This document shows, one piece after another, positions 22,377-34,191 of a DNA stretch of 64,000 nt. Each line of letters begins with the position of its first letter. Within the stretch, counting starts at the first letter, position 1. A program made the translations under genes and the position numbers. Below the pieces are notes generated by a model. The model was not told the DNA's origin and made no database searches. It worked only from the letters and a program-made list of their open reading frames with translations. Source of the stretch: an uncultured Gammaproteobacteria bacterium (GTDB lineage: Bacteria; Pseudomonadota; Gammaproteobacteria; CAWCPV01); contig CAWCPV010000003.1 in NCBI GenBank assembly GCA_963797555.1, positions 288,001 through 352,000 on the forward strand, written 5' to 3'.

Positions 22377-22631
22377 ATGTCCAAGAAGGATTCGCCCCGC
22401 CCCACGGGCACAGACCCGGCCGCCTACGGCTCCTTGACGGCGTTCTTTGCCGCACACGGCCTGTCTAGGTCGAAGGGCTATGAGCTGGTCCGCGCGGGCT
22501 TCGGCCCGCAGACCACGCGGATCGGGAACAAGCAAGTCGTGTTCGCGGAGCAGGCCGTTGAGTGGCGCGCGCGCTTGGCGAAGATCGGGACCATCCCAGC
22601 AGAATCGAAATACAGGCGGGCAGTCAGATGA
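22377..22631 (+). CDS. AlpA/excisionase-like HTH protein
   Basis: SLTAFFAAHGLSRSKGYELV..G.GP.TTRIG....EW pattern. Confidence 0.7.
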   Translation: MSKKDSPRPTGTDPAAYGSLTAFFAAHGLSRSKGYELVRAGFGPQTTRIGNKQVVFAEQAVEWRARLAKIGTIPAESKYRRAVR

Positions 22632-22770
22632 CGGCCGCCCCAGCAGGCCCCGGCGGGCCCCAGACAAGCCGAAGCCCTGCGAGGGACAGGGCTTCGGAGG
22701 AGGGCACAGACCAGACGAGACGACAGAATAACACATCCCTGGCCGCGCGTAGCTCCCCTCGGGAGGTGCC

Positions 22771-24141
22771 ATGGCAGGCCTAGCCGAGCGCGCAAAGAAG
22801 CTGGACGAGCGCATGGAGCGCGCGGAGGCCAGGGCAGACGCAGCGAACGCTGCACGCGAGCGGCGCAGGGCGAACGGCGCCCCACCCGGCGCGGAAAACC
22901 GATCTGCCGATCAGACCTCTCGCATCAAGGAAACCCTCGAAGGCATCCGCACCGGCAACGACCTGCGCGGGATGGAACTCTCCCCGGTCACTTGGGCTGT
23001 CGAGAGGCTGATCCCCGCTGGGGTGACCATCTTGGGCGGAAAACCGAAAGCGAAGAAGAGCTGGATGATGCTGGGCATTGCCATTGCCGTGGCGTGTGGC
23101 GGGAAGGCGCTCGGGAGCATCGACGTGGACCCTGCGGACGTGCTCTATCTGAGTCTGGAGGACGGGAAGCGGCGCTTGAAGCGTCGGGTGGACATCCTGG
23201 AGCGCAGGGCGGACTTGTCGAGGCTGCACTACGCGACTCAGTGGCCGCGGCTGCACGAGGGCGGCACCGAGGCGCTTGAAGCATGGCTCCGGTCCCATTC
23301 GGAGACCCGACTGGTCATCATCGACACCCTCGCCAAGGTACGCCCGCCAGGGAAGCAGAACGAGACCCTGTACACCAACGACTACATCGTGGGCGAGCTG
23401 CTGATTGGTCTCGCCACCCGCTTCGACGTGGCCATCGTGCTCATACACCACTGCCGCAAGCTGGACGCGGAGGACCCGATCGACCTCATCAGTGGATCTC
23501 TCGGGCTCACGGGCGGTGTTGACGGCTACATGGTGCTGAAGCGGGCGGTCGGTGAGCGTGATCTGGCCTTCCTCACCGTGGTCGGGCGCGACTTGGACGA
23601 GGATCAAGAGCTGGCCGTCAAGTGGCATCAGCCAACCGCCACGTGGCACATGCAGGCCGGCAACGCTGAGCGCTACAAGCTATCTCATGAGCAGCGCGCC
23701 GTCATCGAGGCCCTGTCCGAGCATGGGCCTATGCACACCAAGGATCTGGCCGAACGGCTGCACCCTGGCACGAAGATCAGCGACACCGAGCAGTCGAGGG
23801 AGTACAAGAGCACCGCTAAGCTGTGCAGCAAGTTGGCCGCCAAGGACATGATCCATCGGCGGCACTATGACAAGAAGTGGGACGTTACCAATACACAAAC
23901 ACCGGTAGTAGTAGTAGAAGAAGAAGAAGTAGTAGAAGCGGTAGAAGCGGTAGAAGTGACAGGTAAGGGTACCGACTTCTACCGGTGTGAGGGGGCTTCT
24001 ACCGGTACTTCTACCGGTTACGAGAACTCTAATATACGTTCTGCCGCAACGCCTGCACGGGAAACTTCTACCGCTTCTACCGGTACTACCGCGCGCGCGC
24101 GCGAACCTGGCGATGATGACGACCTAGAGGAGCAACCATGA
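22771..24141 (+). CDS. RepA-like (AAA_25, SF4) helicase
   Basis: GKPKAKKS Walker A variant, VLYLSLED, LVIIDTL, LIHHCRK, ISGS; C-terminal wHTH. Confidence 0.85.
   Translation: MAGLAERAKKLDERMERAEARADAANAARERRRANGAPPGAENRSADQTSRIKETLEGIRTGNDLRGMELSPVTWAVERLIPAGVTILGGKPKAKKSWMMLGIAIAVACGGKALGSIDVDPADVLYLSLEDGKRRLKRRVDILERRADLSRLHYATQWPRLHEGGTEALEAWLRSHSETRLVIIDTLAKVRPPGKQNETLYTNDYIVGELLIGLATRFDVAIVLIHHCRKLDAEDPIDLISGSLGLTGGVDGYMVLKRAVGERDLAFLTVVGRDLDEDQELAVKWHQPTATWHMQAGNAERYKLSHEQRAVIEALSEHGPMHTKDLAERLHPGTKISDTEQSREYKSTAKLCSKLAAKDMIHRRHYDKKWDVTNTQTPVVVVEEEEVVEAVEAVEVTGKGTDFYRCEGASTGTSTGYENSNIRSAATPARETSTASTGTTARAREPGDDDDLEEQP
23904..24090. repeat. inverted arrays of GTAGAAG/CTTCTAC, putative replication origin of A
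   Basis: Several gtagaag followed by several cttctacc(gg) inside the helicase 3' end. Confidence 0.65.
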
Positions 24142-24692
24142 ACGACATCCCGGTACGGCTACCCTACGGCGGAACGCATTGGGACCCGACCATCCCGCGC
24201 GGCGTGCTGGATGGTTTCATCCGGGCTCGGCATCCCGCGAAGCACTACTACGGGGCGCTCTGGATACCGCCCGGGTTTACCTCTACAGAGCGGTTCAAGA
24301 ACTGGGCCATCGCGATGAGGGAGCGGGCATCCTGGCAGCGCGTGGTGAGCTTCATGGATGCCACCGGGCTACGCCCGAGCGAGGCTTACCGTCGCGTGTT
24401 CCCTCCCCACGGGTTGATGTGGCATCCATACTTCGACCATACGCTGATCTGGCGCGATGACGGCGGGTATATCGTCACGACTGAGCCCTATGGCGAGTGT
24501 GCCCACAACGACCCCGAGGGTACGGCATTCTGGGCAAGAGAACACGGCTGGCAGTGCGTCGCTGCTCCCGAGTGGGGGATGTGGAGACCACCGGAGACGC
24601 ACTTGTGGATACTTTCGCCGCCACGCGTCGGGGCGGACGTGGAAAAGGTCATCCGGCGACTGACGGTTCAACACGAGGGCAAGAGGGTATGA
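24138..24692 (+). CDS. hypothetical accessory protein
   Basis: Overlapping start/stop with helicase, RBS gaggag, Trp-rich with FDH..TEPY. Confidence 0.65.
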   Translation: MNDIPVRLPYGGTHWDPTIPRGVLDGFIRARHPAKHYYGALWIPPGFTSTERFKNWAIAMRERASWQRVVSFMDATGLRPSEAYRRVFPPHGLMWHPYFDHTLIWRDDGGYIVTTEPYGECAHNDPEGTAFWAREHGWQCVAAPEWGMWRPPETHLWILSPPRVGADVEKVIRRLTVQHEGKRV

Positions 24693-24956
24693 GCACCACC
24701 TACCACCTTCACCCGCTGGCCGACGCAGGCGCAGATCGCGGGGTGGTTGCGGGTGAGCCGAGCAACTATCGAAAATTGGGTGACAACCAATGATAAAGTT
24801 GTCATTGGTTGTCACCAGTCCAACTCGCCCGAGCGCATGCGCGGACGCTCTGGTCCCGGACCGAGTCGAGGCTCTGTGGAAGGTGGATGTGTCTGAAGCT
24901 TCAGGCATATGAGAATATTATCAAACGCTTCAGAACGTTGTGGCCCAACGTTTCAC

Positions 24957-25040
24957 GGGTCCTCCCTGGCCTCCTCCTCTGCGGTCCAACGGGCCTGCGG
25001 GATTTAGCTAGCGTAACGCCTCCCTAGAGGATTCCTTCCC
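24957..25040 (+). other. putative lambda-like cos packaging site (A)
   Basis: GGGTCCT (identical to lambda cosQ) ... gcgggatttagcta; conserved in B and C; directly before terS. Confidence 0.6.
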
Positions 25041-25046
25041 TACCCA

Positions 25047-25547
25047 ATGGGCATCAACGTCAACAAAAAACAGTTGGCCGAGATCTTCGGATTGAGTCAG
25101 AGGACCTTGACCGAGCTGCAACGCGCAGGATTGCCCATCGAGGAGCGCGGCGCCCGCGGCCGGCCGCCATGTGTACGATACAGCCGCGGTCCACGCGTGG
25201 CTCCTGCGGCCGCGAGTCCGTGAAGCATCGCGCCAACGGCGATGGGCGCCCGCTGGACCTGGACCAAGAGCGCGCCAAGCTCGCAGCCGCTGATCGCGCA
25301 TTGAAGGAACAAACCTTGCGCGAGAGGTCGGGCGAGCTGATTGACGCTTCCTGGGTGCGTACTACCGCTCGCACGCTCTGCGCAACCGCCCGCGAGCGGT
25401 TCGAGGTCCTGCCAGACCGCCTGGCTGCAATTCTCGCGGCCGAGAGCGACGAACGGCGGGATTTACGATCTGATGGCGAACGAGATCCGCGCGGTGCTGG
25501 CCGAGTTTGCCGAAGGTTCGATCGAGAAGTTTGGCGAAGTAAGGTAA
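25047..25547 (+). CDS. Nu1-like terminase small subunit (frameshifted)
   Basis: VNKKQLAEIFGLSQRTL..GLP, DQERAKL..AD..L..GELID pattern of lambda gpNu1. Confidence 0.75.
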
Positions 25548-25649
25548 TTCCACAGGAGACGAAAATGCACAAGCCACCCGATGACTTCACCCAGAGCCAG
25601 AGCCCGCGTTTGCTGATGCAGCGCGCCGTGGTTTCACTCCCGACCCGGT

Positions 25650-25873
25650 ATCGCCGCCACGGCTGTCCTTGTTGGCGCCGCCTGTGGACCGAGATCGAGC
25701 CGCACCTGAAGAAAGGCGGACATTCCTGCCGCGTTCACGTGCGAGTTCACGCGCACCGAGGCCGAGTTGGCCGCCCGGATCAGCTCGCCTTGCTGGCGGG
25801 CATCGGTCAACGTCGAGGCCGGCGCCCAGGCCGCACCGAGGCCGCCAACGGCAAGCCCGATACCGCGAGCGTA
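25650..25873 (+). CDS. conserved small satellite ORF (frameshifted; bounds approximate)
   Basis: LWTEIEPHLKK..EAELAARIS homologous to 41982 and 63416. Confidence 0.55.
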
Positions 25874-26166
25874 ATACGGGTGTGCCGAGCATTCAGCCAC
25901 CACGCATTCGAAACCTCCCGCCGGCGTGAGGTTGTGCTCCAGGATTTCTCTGCTTGTCCTCCTTGCTGAGCTTCGCTCGTCCGCGCATGCGCTCGGGCGA
26001 GTTGGACTGGTGGTAACCTTTACCAGAGCTGGTATTGGTTACCAGCTAATTCGCTACGGTCTGCTGGCTCACCCGCAACCACCCCGCTCGGGCGAGTTGG
26101 GCTGGTGGTAACCAATGACAACTTTATCATTGGTTACCACCCAAACCTCCGGGCGGTACTAGCGCC

Positions 26167-26740
26167 ATGAGCCGCGAACGCCTCGCCCAAGCTGCTGACG
26201 CTGGCCGAGAGACACGATCCGGCGTTGCACGCGTGGTTCCGTGACTCGCTGGCACGGTGGAAGTGCGGGTCTACCCCTGGAGACCGCCCTGGAGCTGGCA
26301 GGCCCGGGCGCTCGTCGGCTTCGGGATTCCGCCATCCGCGCCTGGCCGAGCTGCTGGACCCGGACGGCCGAGTACTCGCGATGGCACGTCGCTGGGCTTG
26401 TGATGCGTGCGCTCGCCAGGAAGCACACCAGCGGGGAGATTGGCGCCGCGGTCCAAGCTATTCTGGCATTGGGGTGCGTGGTTCCGGGGCGCCGCCGAGT
26501 GTGGAGCCTCCTGGAAGGCAGACAGGGCGGGATGCTGCTGAAGGAGGAGGAGCGCAGACAGGGCGGAGACGGGAAGTGCGCGGTTGCCGGCAACGTTGCC
26601 GGAACCGTCGAATCCTACGCCCGTGCTCTCGAGGAGGAGGAGCGCAGACAGTTGGCGAACGGACTGACAAACTTCCGCCAATATTGGCGGAAGTCTCACC
26701 CTACGCCCGTGCTCTCGAGGAGCTCGCGTTCTTTGCAATT
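26167..26740 (+). CDS. conserved pre-capsid satellite ORF (frameshifted; end approximate)
   Basis: MSRERL..LAERHDPALHAWFRDSLARW..RDSAIR homologous to 42295 and 63692. Confidence 0.6.
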
Positions 26741-26808
26741 CTCGCCATCGCAATTGCAAAACGACTCTGTTTCGATAGAGCCTCAGAATTTATCGCGAGG
26801 CGCAGATA

Positions 26809-27885
26809 ATGCAGAAGAACGATAAGCCAGATTGACACGCCCGATTCCATTCTCGCCGCGAGCGACGTTCGAGCCGCGATGGGCGATTGGCTCGCGCTTC
26901 GCGCGGGCCTTCTGCGCGCTGATGATGCGGACCCGATAGCCGGTGGAGCTGACTGGATCCGCTCGCACCGGCCACGCTCGCGGATGTTGCTTGCCATCTG
27001 GCGCGGCCGGGGCAGTGGCGTCACCGCTCACGAGGCGGCCCGAGAGTTTCACGGCACCGATTTTACCGATTCGTTGAGCGTCGGATTGTCCCAAGTGGCA
27101 GGCATCGCGTATTCGCGGCAGGCCGCGGAGAATTCGCAAATCTGCAAAGACGTTACGGTCCCGAATCTCCAACCCGTCGCGTTTCCTGTTTTGGACGTTG
27201 GCGAACTCAGCGAAACGCCGAATGCGGGTGGTCCCGTGCAATTCGCGACCACGTTTGCGAGCGATGGCGTATTTGGAAGCAGCGAATGTTTTCTCTGCGC
27301 GTTTCCTGATTCCGCGCAGACTTGCTCGTAAACGACAACGCTGGCATTGTCGCGCTGGCCGTTGCTCAGTTATCTGGGCATGCTGCTGCGTCTCGAGGCC
27401 CAGGCCATCGCTGCAATTCTCGCGAGCCAACGCGAACTTGGGCGATGGCGCGCGCATTGATCGGCATCGGAAAACACCGCGAGCGGTGGGATCACGAGCG
27501 TAACGGGTCTTGCTGCTGCCGCTGGGAAGCTGCGTACGCGGAGCACGTCGGGCGGAAACGTTGCGAACGTGAAGGCGCGCTTCTTGGCTCGTTGCTGGCG
27601 ATGCGGAGTTTGCCGCGTTGACGACCCTTGGCGGTATCATCCGGGCGGCACACCGCGGATCGATGTGGTCACGAATGCGTGGCTACCGGCTGCGACAGCT
27701 TCGTACCTTTTAGCATCTCCAGATGACGCGCCCACTTTCATTCGGCTCGGGCTGACTTCTCCACCGAAGCCAAGCGTGATCCGACGCCGAGCGCCTCCGG
27801 TTTCGACGGATTGGCGTATGTCGTCGAGCACGTTTTCGGAGTTGCGGCTGTTTCTCGGGATGGACTTGTGAAGATAACGGCGTGA
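26809..27885 (+). CDS. major capsid homolog of A (several frameshifts)
   Basis: Nucleotide-colinear with the intact capsid gene 42942..44012. Confidence 0.75.
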
Positions 27886-28329
27886 ACGCTATTCAGGTTA
27901 AACCCGTCGTCCGCCAATTCGTAAATGCTGGCATTTGCCGACGCTGCGCCTCGCAGCTCGCCAAAGCTCTTCGCGTCGAGCCACCCGGCGCGCTGTCGGT
28001 CACGATTTGCGCGCGGCGCGGGATGAGCTTTGATCGCAAGCCGCAATTCATCCGGCGACTTGGTTTTCGAGCCGATCGAGGCGGGCGATGTGTTCGCGAA
28101 TGTGGGGACCTGGAACGCTGCAATGAGCCGCGATTCCTGGATCATGATGCGCCTGCGACCCGACGGCTCTCTGACCTTCTTCCGTTCGTGTCTTTCGGCA
28201 GAGGAAGGCGCGGCGATGGCTTCTCGCGATTCGACGCTGCGCCTGATGACCCGCCGGCAGGCCCTGGAGGCGGAGCTGGGTCAGGAGCGCACGATGGTCA
28301 CCGGGCGCATCGGCCGCCGCCGCAGATAA
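27882..28329 (+). CDS. two small conserved post-capsid ORFs (CxxC protein; 28123..28329)
   Basis: GICRRCA and DSTL.LM.R motifs shared with 44018 and 44287. Confidence 0.55.
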
Positions 28330-28987
28330 GCCCACCGGCCGCGCCCGATTGGGAACGTCGGGCCGGGATTGCCGCTCCGGTCGAGGCCCGCTCAACCTCG
28401 CCACGCGGCGCTGAGCAGTGCCCTGGCCTCGAGCCTCGTCACCTCGGGGCTGGATTGTTTCACCTCTCCTCCATTCGCCCCGGCTTCGTGCTGGGGTATT
28501 TTTTTGGCCGCCATCCAGTGGCGCAGGGGTGGAGCCACCCAGGACTTAACTTCCTTAATTGTCTATGTAGGCCTGTGGGACTTTTGGTGGGACTTTTTGA
28601 AGTCCCAGCAACGCGCTTAGTGCGGCAACGCTATTGCCGTTGCTGGGACACGCGGGACTTTTGCGGTCCTAGGACTTGTCCCAGGTAGGTAGTCCCATGT
28701 ATCAACAAGCCTTCGGAATGCGCCGGCGAGGTTTACCAACTTTTGGAGTGTACACACTGTTTTTGAGTAAATCCCGACTGAGTGTCTGCTGACTCACCCC
28801 CTGCCGCTCTGCCGCCCGACGCCCCGAGGAAGGCCCCTCTCGCGTCGCTGGAGGCGAGATCGCACCGGCCCCCTTGCCAGGATACCCACCCCGCCCTTGA
28901 CGGCCGGTCGGGCGCCCATGCCCCGGTCGGAATTTTACGGATATTTTACGGAAGCCTCGCTAGCGATCCTGTAAGTCCTTGTTTGTT

Positions 28988-29063
28988 TGGCGTCCCCAAC
29001 GGGATTCGAACCCGTGTTGCAGCCTTGAAAGGGCTGTGTCCTGGGCCTCTAGACGATGGGGAC
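28988..29063 (-). tRNA. tRNA-Glu(TTC)
   Basis: 76-nt cloverleaf, anticodon arm cagcc-ctttcaa-ggctg, GTTCGAATC, CCA. Confidence 0.97.
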
Positions 29064-29115
29064 CTGGATACGTATTGGAACTGAGTGGCGGTTTCGGCAG
29101 AAACGCCGATGGGGT

Positions 29116-29191
<76 letters not shown>

Positions 29192-29233
29192 GCAACGATA
29201 GGGCGGAAACTCTACGCCACGCCCATTCTAGTG

Positions 29234-30647
29234 TCAAGCGGAGGCGTGCAAGCGCACATAATCCATTGCCTGGGTAATGCGTTGTACGGCTTTGTCCCGA
29301 CCGACTAGGCAGGTCGTCACGTCGATAGGGGGAGACACGGCTCGACCCGCCAAGGCCACTCGTAGCGGCTGCGCCAGTTTGCCCACCTTAATCCCGCAAG
29401 CATCAGCCACCGCCTGCACGACTTCGTGAATGGCGGCCGCGTTCCATCGCTCGAGTCCCGCGAGCCTTTCACGCAGCATACCCAGAGGCAACGTCACATC
29501 ACGCGTCAGGTGCTTGGCCGCGTCTTTGGCATCGTAGCCCCGGAAGTCCGTGTATATGAAGGCACTGTTGGCTGCCATCTCGACTAGAGTCTTAGCGCGT
29601 TCCCTCTGCGCCAGGACGACGTTCCAGCAGATCGGGCCCGTCCGCGGGGTCGATTCCCAGTCGACCCATATGCCATGCCAGATGCCGAGCCACATGGGCA
29701 GCATCACTCGATTTCAGGTAATGTTGGTTGAGCCAGAGCAGCTTGCCGGGGTTAAAGATAGCAGGGGAGCGGTGGATGTCCTTAAGATCGAAACGTTCTA
29801 TCATCTCGCCCACGGAGAACACTTCCTGGTCTCCGTAGGACCAACCCAGGCGCACCAAGTAGTTCAGCAGCGCTTCGGGCAGATGGCCGTCCTCGCGGTA
29901 CTGCATCACGCTCACCGCGCCGTGGCGCTTAGAGAGACGCTTGGCGTCCTCGCCCAGAATCATGGGGATGTGCGCGTGAACGGGAATGGGTGCGCTCAGC
30001 GCCTTCAAGATATTTATTTGGCGAGGAGTATTGTTGAGGTGATCGTCCCCGCGTACGACGTGCGTAACACCCATGTCCCAATCGTCCACTACCACCGCGA
30101 AGTTGTAGGTGGGCGTGCCGTCCGAGCGCGCGAGCACGAGGTCGTCCAGCTCGCTGTTCTGGAACAGCACCTTGCCCTTGACTAAGTCATCGACGACCAC
30201 ATGTCCATCCATGGGCGTCTTGAAGCGGACGACGGGCTCGACGCCAGGCGGCGGGAACCCGGTGCGTGCGCGGCACCGGCCGTCATAGCGCGGCTTTTCC
30301 CTACGCGCGAGCTGCGTTGCGCGCATCGTATCGAGATCCTCCTTGGTGCAGTAACAACGGTACGCCCTGCCCTCCTCCAGCAGCCGGTCGACGACCTCCC
30401 GGTAACGCTCCAGACGCTGGATCTGGAAGTACGGCCCTTCGTCGTAATCCAGTCCGAGCCACGCCATCCCTTCCAAGATGGCATTGGCGGACTCCGGCGT
30501 CGAACGCCCCACATCCGTATCTTCGATACGCAGCACGAATGTGCCGCCGTGTTTCCGTGCGTAGAGCCAGGAATAGAGCGCCGTGCGGGCGCCACCGATA
30601 TGAAGGTAGCCAGTCGGACTGGGTGCGAAGCGGGTACGAACGGACAT
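29234..30647 (-). CDS. gltX: glutamate--tRNA ligase (frameshift near 29620)
   Basis: [29 protein letters not shown]; followed by tRNA-Ala and tRNA-Glu. Confidence 0.96.
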
Positions 30648-30884
30648 GGCGGTTGATGGCTCCGGGCGAAAAATGGATGTTACCAGTGGGCCCGCGATCA
30701 AGGAACTAGTACTCCATCAATCTGATACATTCGAATAGAGGCGCTTCAACTTGATACGCGCATCGTCTGTGGTAAAGCGCCAATCGACCGGCTTGGTGGA
30801 TTGGTTGCGCGCTTTCGTCCAGGCGTCGACTTCGGAGGTGACGGTTGCGATATCCGGGAGTCGTCGGTTCAGACACTGACGAGG

Positions 30885-32715
30885 TTAACTCACCCCCGGC
30901 AAAGCCGGGGGCCTATTGGGTGAGCGCCTCAAAGGCGCCATAACACCGCGAGCCGCCCAAGGCGGCTGGACCCACGTCCCCAGCGTCAGCTGATCGTAGC
31001 GCTCGTCCTCTTGCTCTTGGTTGCGGATGTAGGCCCTCACCGTCGCCTCATCTAGGCCCACCGTGGACACAAAGTACCTGCGCGCCCAGAAGTTCTCTCC
31101 GGTGAAGTTCCGCTGCCTGCCTGCGAACCTCCGGGCGATCTGGACGGCGCTCTTGCCTTCGATTCCTTGTGCCCTGCCAACTCGTGGACCATCTGTCGAG
31201 ATATAGTCAAGTCTGGTGTATGAGCATGGGCTGAATCAGGCGGCGATCCGGTTGGCTTCCGCAGCTTCCACACGCACTCCATCTTTGAATTTCACTCCGG
31301 CAATGACCTCGGCCAAGCGTTCGAAGCCCCTGAGTCGACGCCAGCGTTTGGCCGCGCTCTGGCCGAGCTTGTAGACCATCGCCAGGAAGCTCTGGCGTGA
31401 CACGCAACCCCGGGTCTTGTCGGTGCGAAGCCGTACTGTGGCGAAGGTCGACTCGATGGGGTTGGTGGTGCGGATGTGCTGCCAATGCACGGCTGGAAAG
31501 TCGTAGAAGGCAAGCAGTTGCTCGCGGTCCTTCTCCAGGCACTGTGCCGCCTTGGGATACTTGTCACGGTGGGTGTCGAGGAACGCCTCAAAGGCCTTCT
31601 GCGCCTGGTGGCGGCTTTCAGCCATCCAGAATCTCGTGAAGAGCGCTCTTGGCCTTCGGCTGGAGACTCTTGGGGAGCTTGTTCAGCACGTTAGCCTCTT
31701 GTGCACCCAACAGCGCTGATGGCGTGTTTGGCCGTAGACTTTGGTGAGCGCCTTCCACAAGCCCAAAGCGCCATCGCCGACGGCGAGTTCGGGACCGACC
31801 TTCAGCCCCTGGTGCTTGAGCCGCGTCAGGACCTCCAGCCAGCTCTGCTCCGACTCCCGGAAGCCGTCCTCGATGGCCACGAACTCCTTGGTGCCCTGTT
31901 CGGTCACTCCGACGATGACGAGCAGGCATTCGCGCGCCTGTTCCCCACGCACATTGAAGTACACCCCATCGGCCCACCAATACACGTAGCGCTTGCCTGA
32001 GGGGTCCCGGCGTGCCCAGCGCTGGTGCTCCTCTTCCCATTGACGTTTCAGCCGGCTGAGGGTCGAAGGCGACAGCCCCTCGGCCTGCTCGCCTAGCAAT
32101 GAAGCCAACGCCTCCTGAAAATCGCCCGTGGAGACTCCCTTCAAATACAGCCAAGGCAGCAACTCCTCCAAGCTCCTGGTGCGCCGCACCGGGAGTGGAA
32201 CCGAATGCCTGACCCACTGCGGTCTCGCACCCTGGGCACCTTCACCGCGACCGGCCCCACACCCGTCCGGATCTCACGCTCTGGCAGGTAGCCGTTTCGC
32301 ACCACAGCCGCCCGGCCATCCAACGACTTCACGCCCTGGAACTGCCCCAGGAATTCGGTCAGCTCCGCTTCCACCGCCTGCGCAATCAGTTGCCGCGCTC
32401 CCGTTCTCAGAAGTTCGGTCAGCAGGTCGCTCGTCTCGCCCTCTGGCACTCTGCCGTCCATCGGTCTATCGTTATCCATCGGCGTATCCTCCACGGCTGG
32501 CTTGTGTCTCTGGTCCCTTCACATTCCAGCCGGATACGCCGCCTCACTCAAACCCCGTACACCAGATTCGAGCATAGCTCCCATCTGGCGCTGCACCAGA
32601 CTTTGGTAGTCTTTCATCGTGAATCCCCTTCTCTTGGCGGAGATTGGAGATCCACAACGACCGTCGCATAGGTCAAACCTCGGTGAGTCCCCCGGCAAAG
32701 CCGGGGGCTTACCTC
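30885..32715 (-). mobile_element. degenerate IS200 element interrupted by IS256
   Basis: Hairpin ends cccccggcaaagccggggg; WARRYFVSTVG..YIRNQ. Confidence 0.8.
31198..32580 (-). mobile_element. IS256-family element, transposase frameshifted
   Basis: RNGY, YWWADGV, QRCWVHK, IRTTNPIES; IRs gag..tctggtgta; near-identical 9-bp flanks ccatctgtc/ccatctggc. Confidence 0.9.
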
Positions 32716-33032
32716 ATTGAGTTAACACACTGAATTCGCATTCGGCCATGTTGAGCCAGCTACCGTGCTTCGGCGTATATAGACGAATTCCAGCTTCTCC
32801 AATAGTGCGCGCGCCACAGCCGGTGCAAAGGTCTTGTACAACGAAGCGCCGGTGTGCGTATTCAGATTGTCCATGACCAATGTGATGCGCTGGGCTTCGG
32901 GATAGTCCTCTTGTACCAACCGCCGAACCCCCTCGGTAGTTGTCAAGATAGTTGTCGTGTTGAGTTACGCTGCTTTGGTCAGTGGACGGTCCACCTGGGG
33001 ACGGTCCGTTTGGGGGTTAAGCCCATCCCATT

Positions 33033-34172
33033 ACACACAACTCAAAGGACCTGAGCCTCACGGGCGTAGTGCAGTCCTGCGGCGAAGTCCATGACGCGCT
33101 GCAGCCCTTGCCAGAGGGTCTTCACGCCGGGCTCGCCGTCGGCCTTGCGCCCCAGGAAGCCGCCGAGCCTGGCGATGAGGCGCACCACCTCGTTGAGGTG
33201 GGGTGGCTTCTTCGGTAAGCGTTTCTTGTTCAAGAGGAAGGCCGCCTGCCATTCGCTGCGATCGAACAGAAGCTCCGCATCCAGCTCCGGACAGGTGCGC
33301 CCCAGGCGCATGAGGCGGGCGATGAGCCAGGCGACCACCATGAATAGCGCCAACGCCCGTTCCAGGCATTCGAGGCTGCTGAGCTGCAGGGCCTCCACCC
33401 GGCAGACGTTCTTCAGCACGTGGAAGAAGAGGTTTATCTCCCAGCGGGCGCGATACCAGTCGATGAACTCCGCCCTCGGGCAGCGCACGGTTGTGCTGAG
33501 AGCGGACCAACCCGTCGGCTGGCTGCCCCAGGTCGCGCGCTTTGACCATCAGGGCTATGATGTCGGCCTCCCGGTCAGCCACATACACCAGTCGGGTGTC
33601 CGGAAGTTCGGACGCCCGCTCGGTAATCCGCTCATAGCCTTCCACCCAGCGGGTACTTTCCAGAACACCTCCCCGACGGCCTTCGGCGTCCTTCGGCTCG
33701 CGCGCCCACATCCACGCATCCAGCATGCCCAACGGCTCGCGCGTGAGCGTCACCGCGTAAGTCGAGTGCACATACATGCCCCGTTGGGCCTCATAGCTCA
33801 ATGGCCCCAAGCCGGCATGTCCTGTCCGTTGAAATCAACCTCCGTGGTATCTTGGATGCACAGCACGATTTCGTGCTCCCGCATCCGTGCCGCAGAACAC
33901 CGCCAGTGCGGCTCCAGGAGGTCACGCCAGTCCATCTCCTCTTGGGCAAAAACCGGTATACCCCCTGGGTCTCCGGCCAGCCCCACACGCTCCTGGAATG
34001 CTCGCCGTCGGCTTCTCCGCCAGCCACTCAGCAAGCAACACCGCTCGCTTGTCCAGCCGCTTGTCACCCAGGTTGATACCCTTGAACTCCTCTGCCGCCC
34101 AGCTCATCCCTACACCCTCCATTTTGTAGCATTGTGTCAGGATGTTACACGAGTGTACTCAAGTTGTGTGTA
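33033..34172 (-). pseudogene. IS4-family (IS50-like) transposase, degenerate
   Basis: LGDKRL..R, IQDTT, VADREAD, Y..RW.I..F..LK, LGGFLGRKADGEPG. Confidence 0.88.
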
Positions 34173-34191
34173 ATGGGATGGGTTAAGCCAC

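Larger units (their letters stand above)
20286..29037 (+). mobile_element. satellite element A (PICI-like, about 8.7 kb) integrated in tRNA-Glu
   Basis: att direct repeats; int, AlpA-like, helicase, cos-like motif, TerS, capsid; ttacggaag-like arm-type repeats near both ends (20439-20458, 28934-28953). Confidence 0.88.
30707..32935 (-). pseudogene. IS630-family transposase C-terminal part, split by the IS200 element
   Basis: VMDNLNTH..SWLNMAE at 32.7-32.9 kb continues as RQCLNRR..WRFTTDDARIKLKRLY at 30.7-30.9 kb. Confidence 0.8.

Noticed and set aside
23904-24090. CRISPR or simple microsatellite
   Set aside because: Heptamers in inverted arrays without regular spacers fit iterons better
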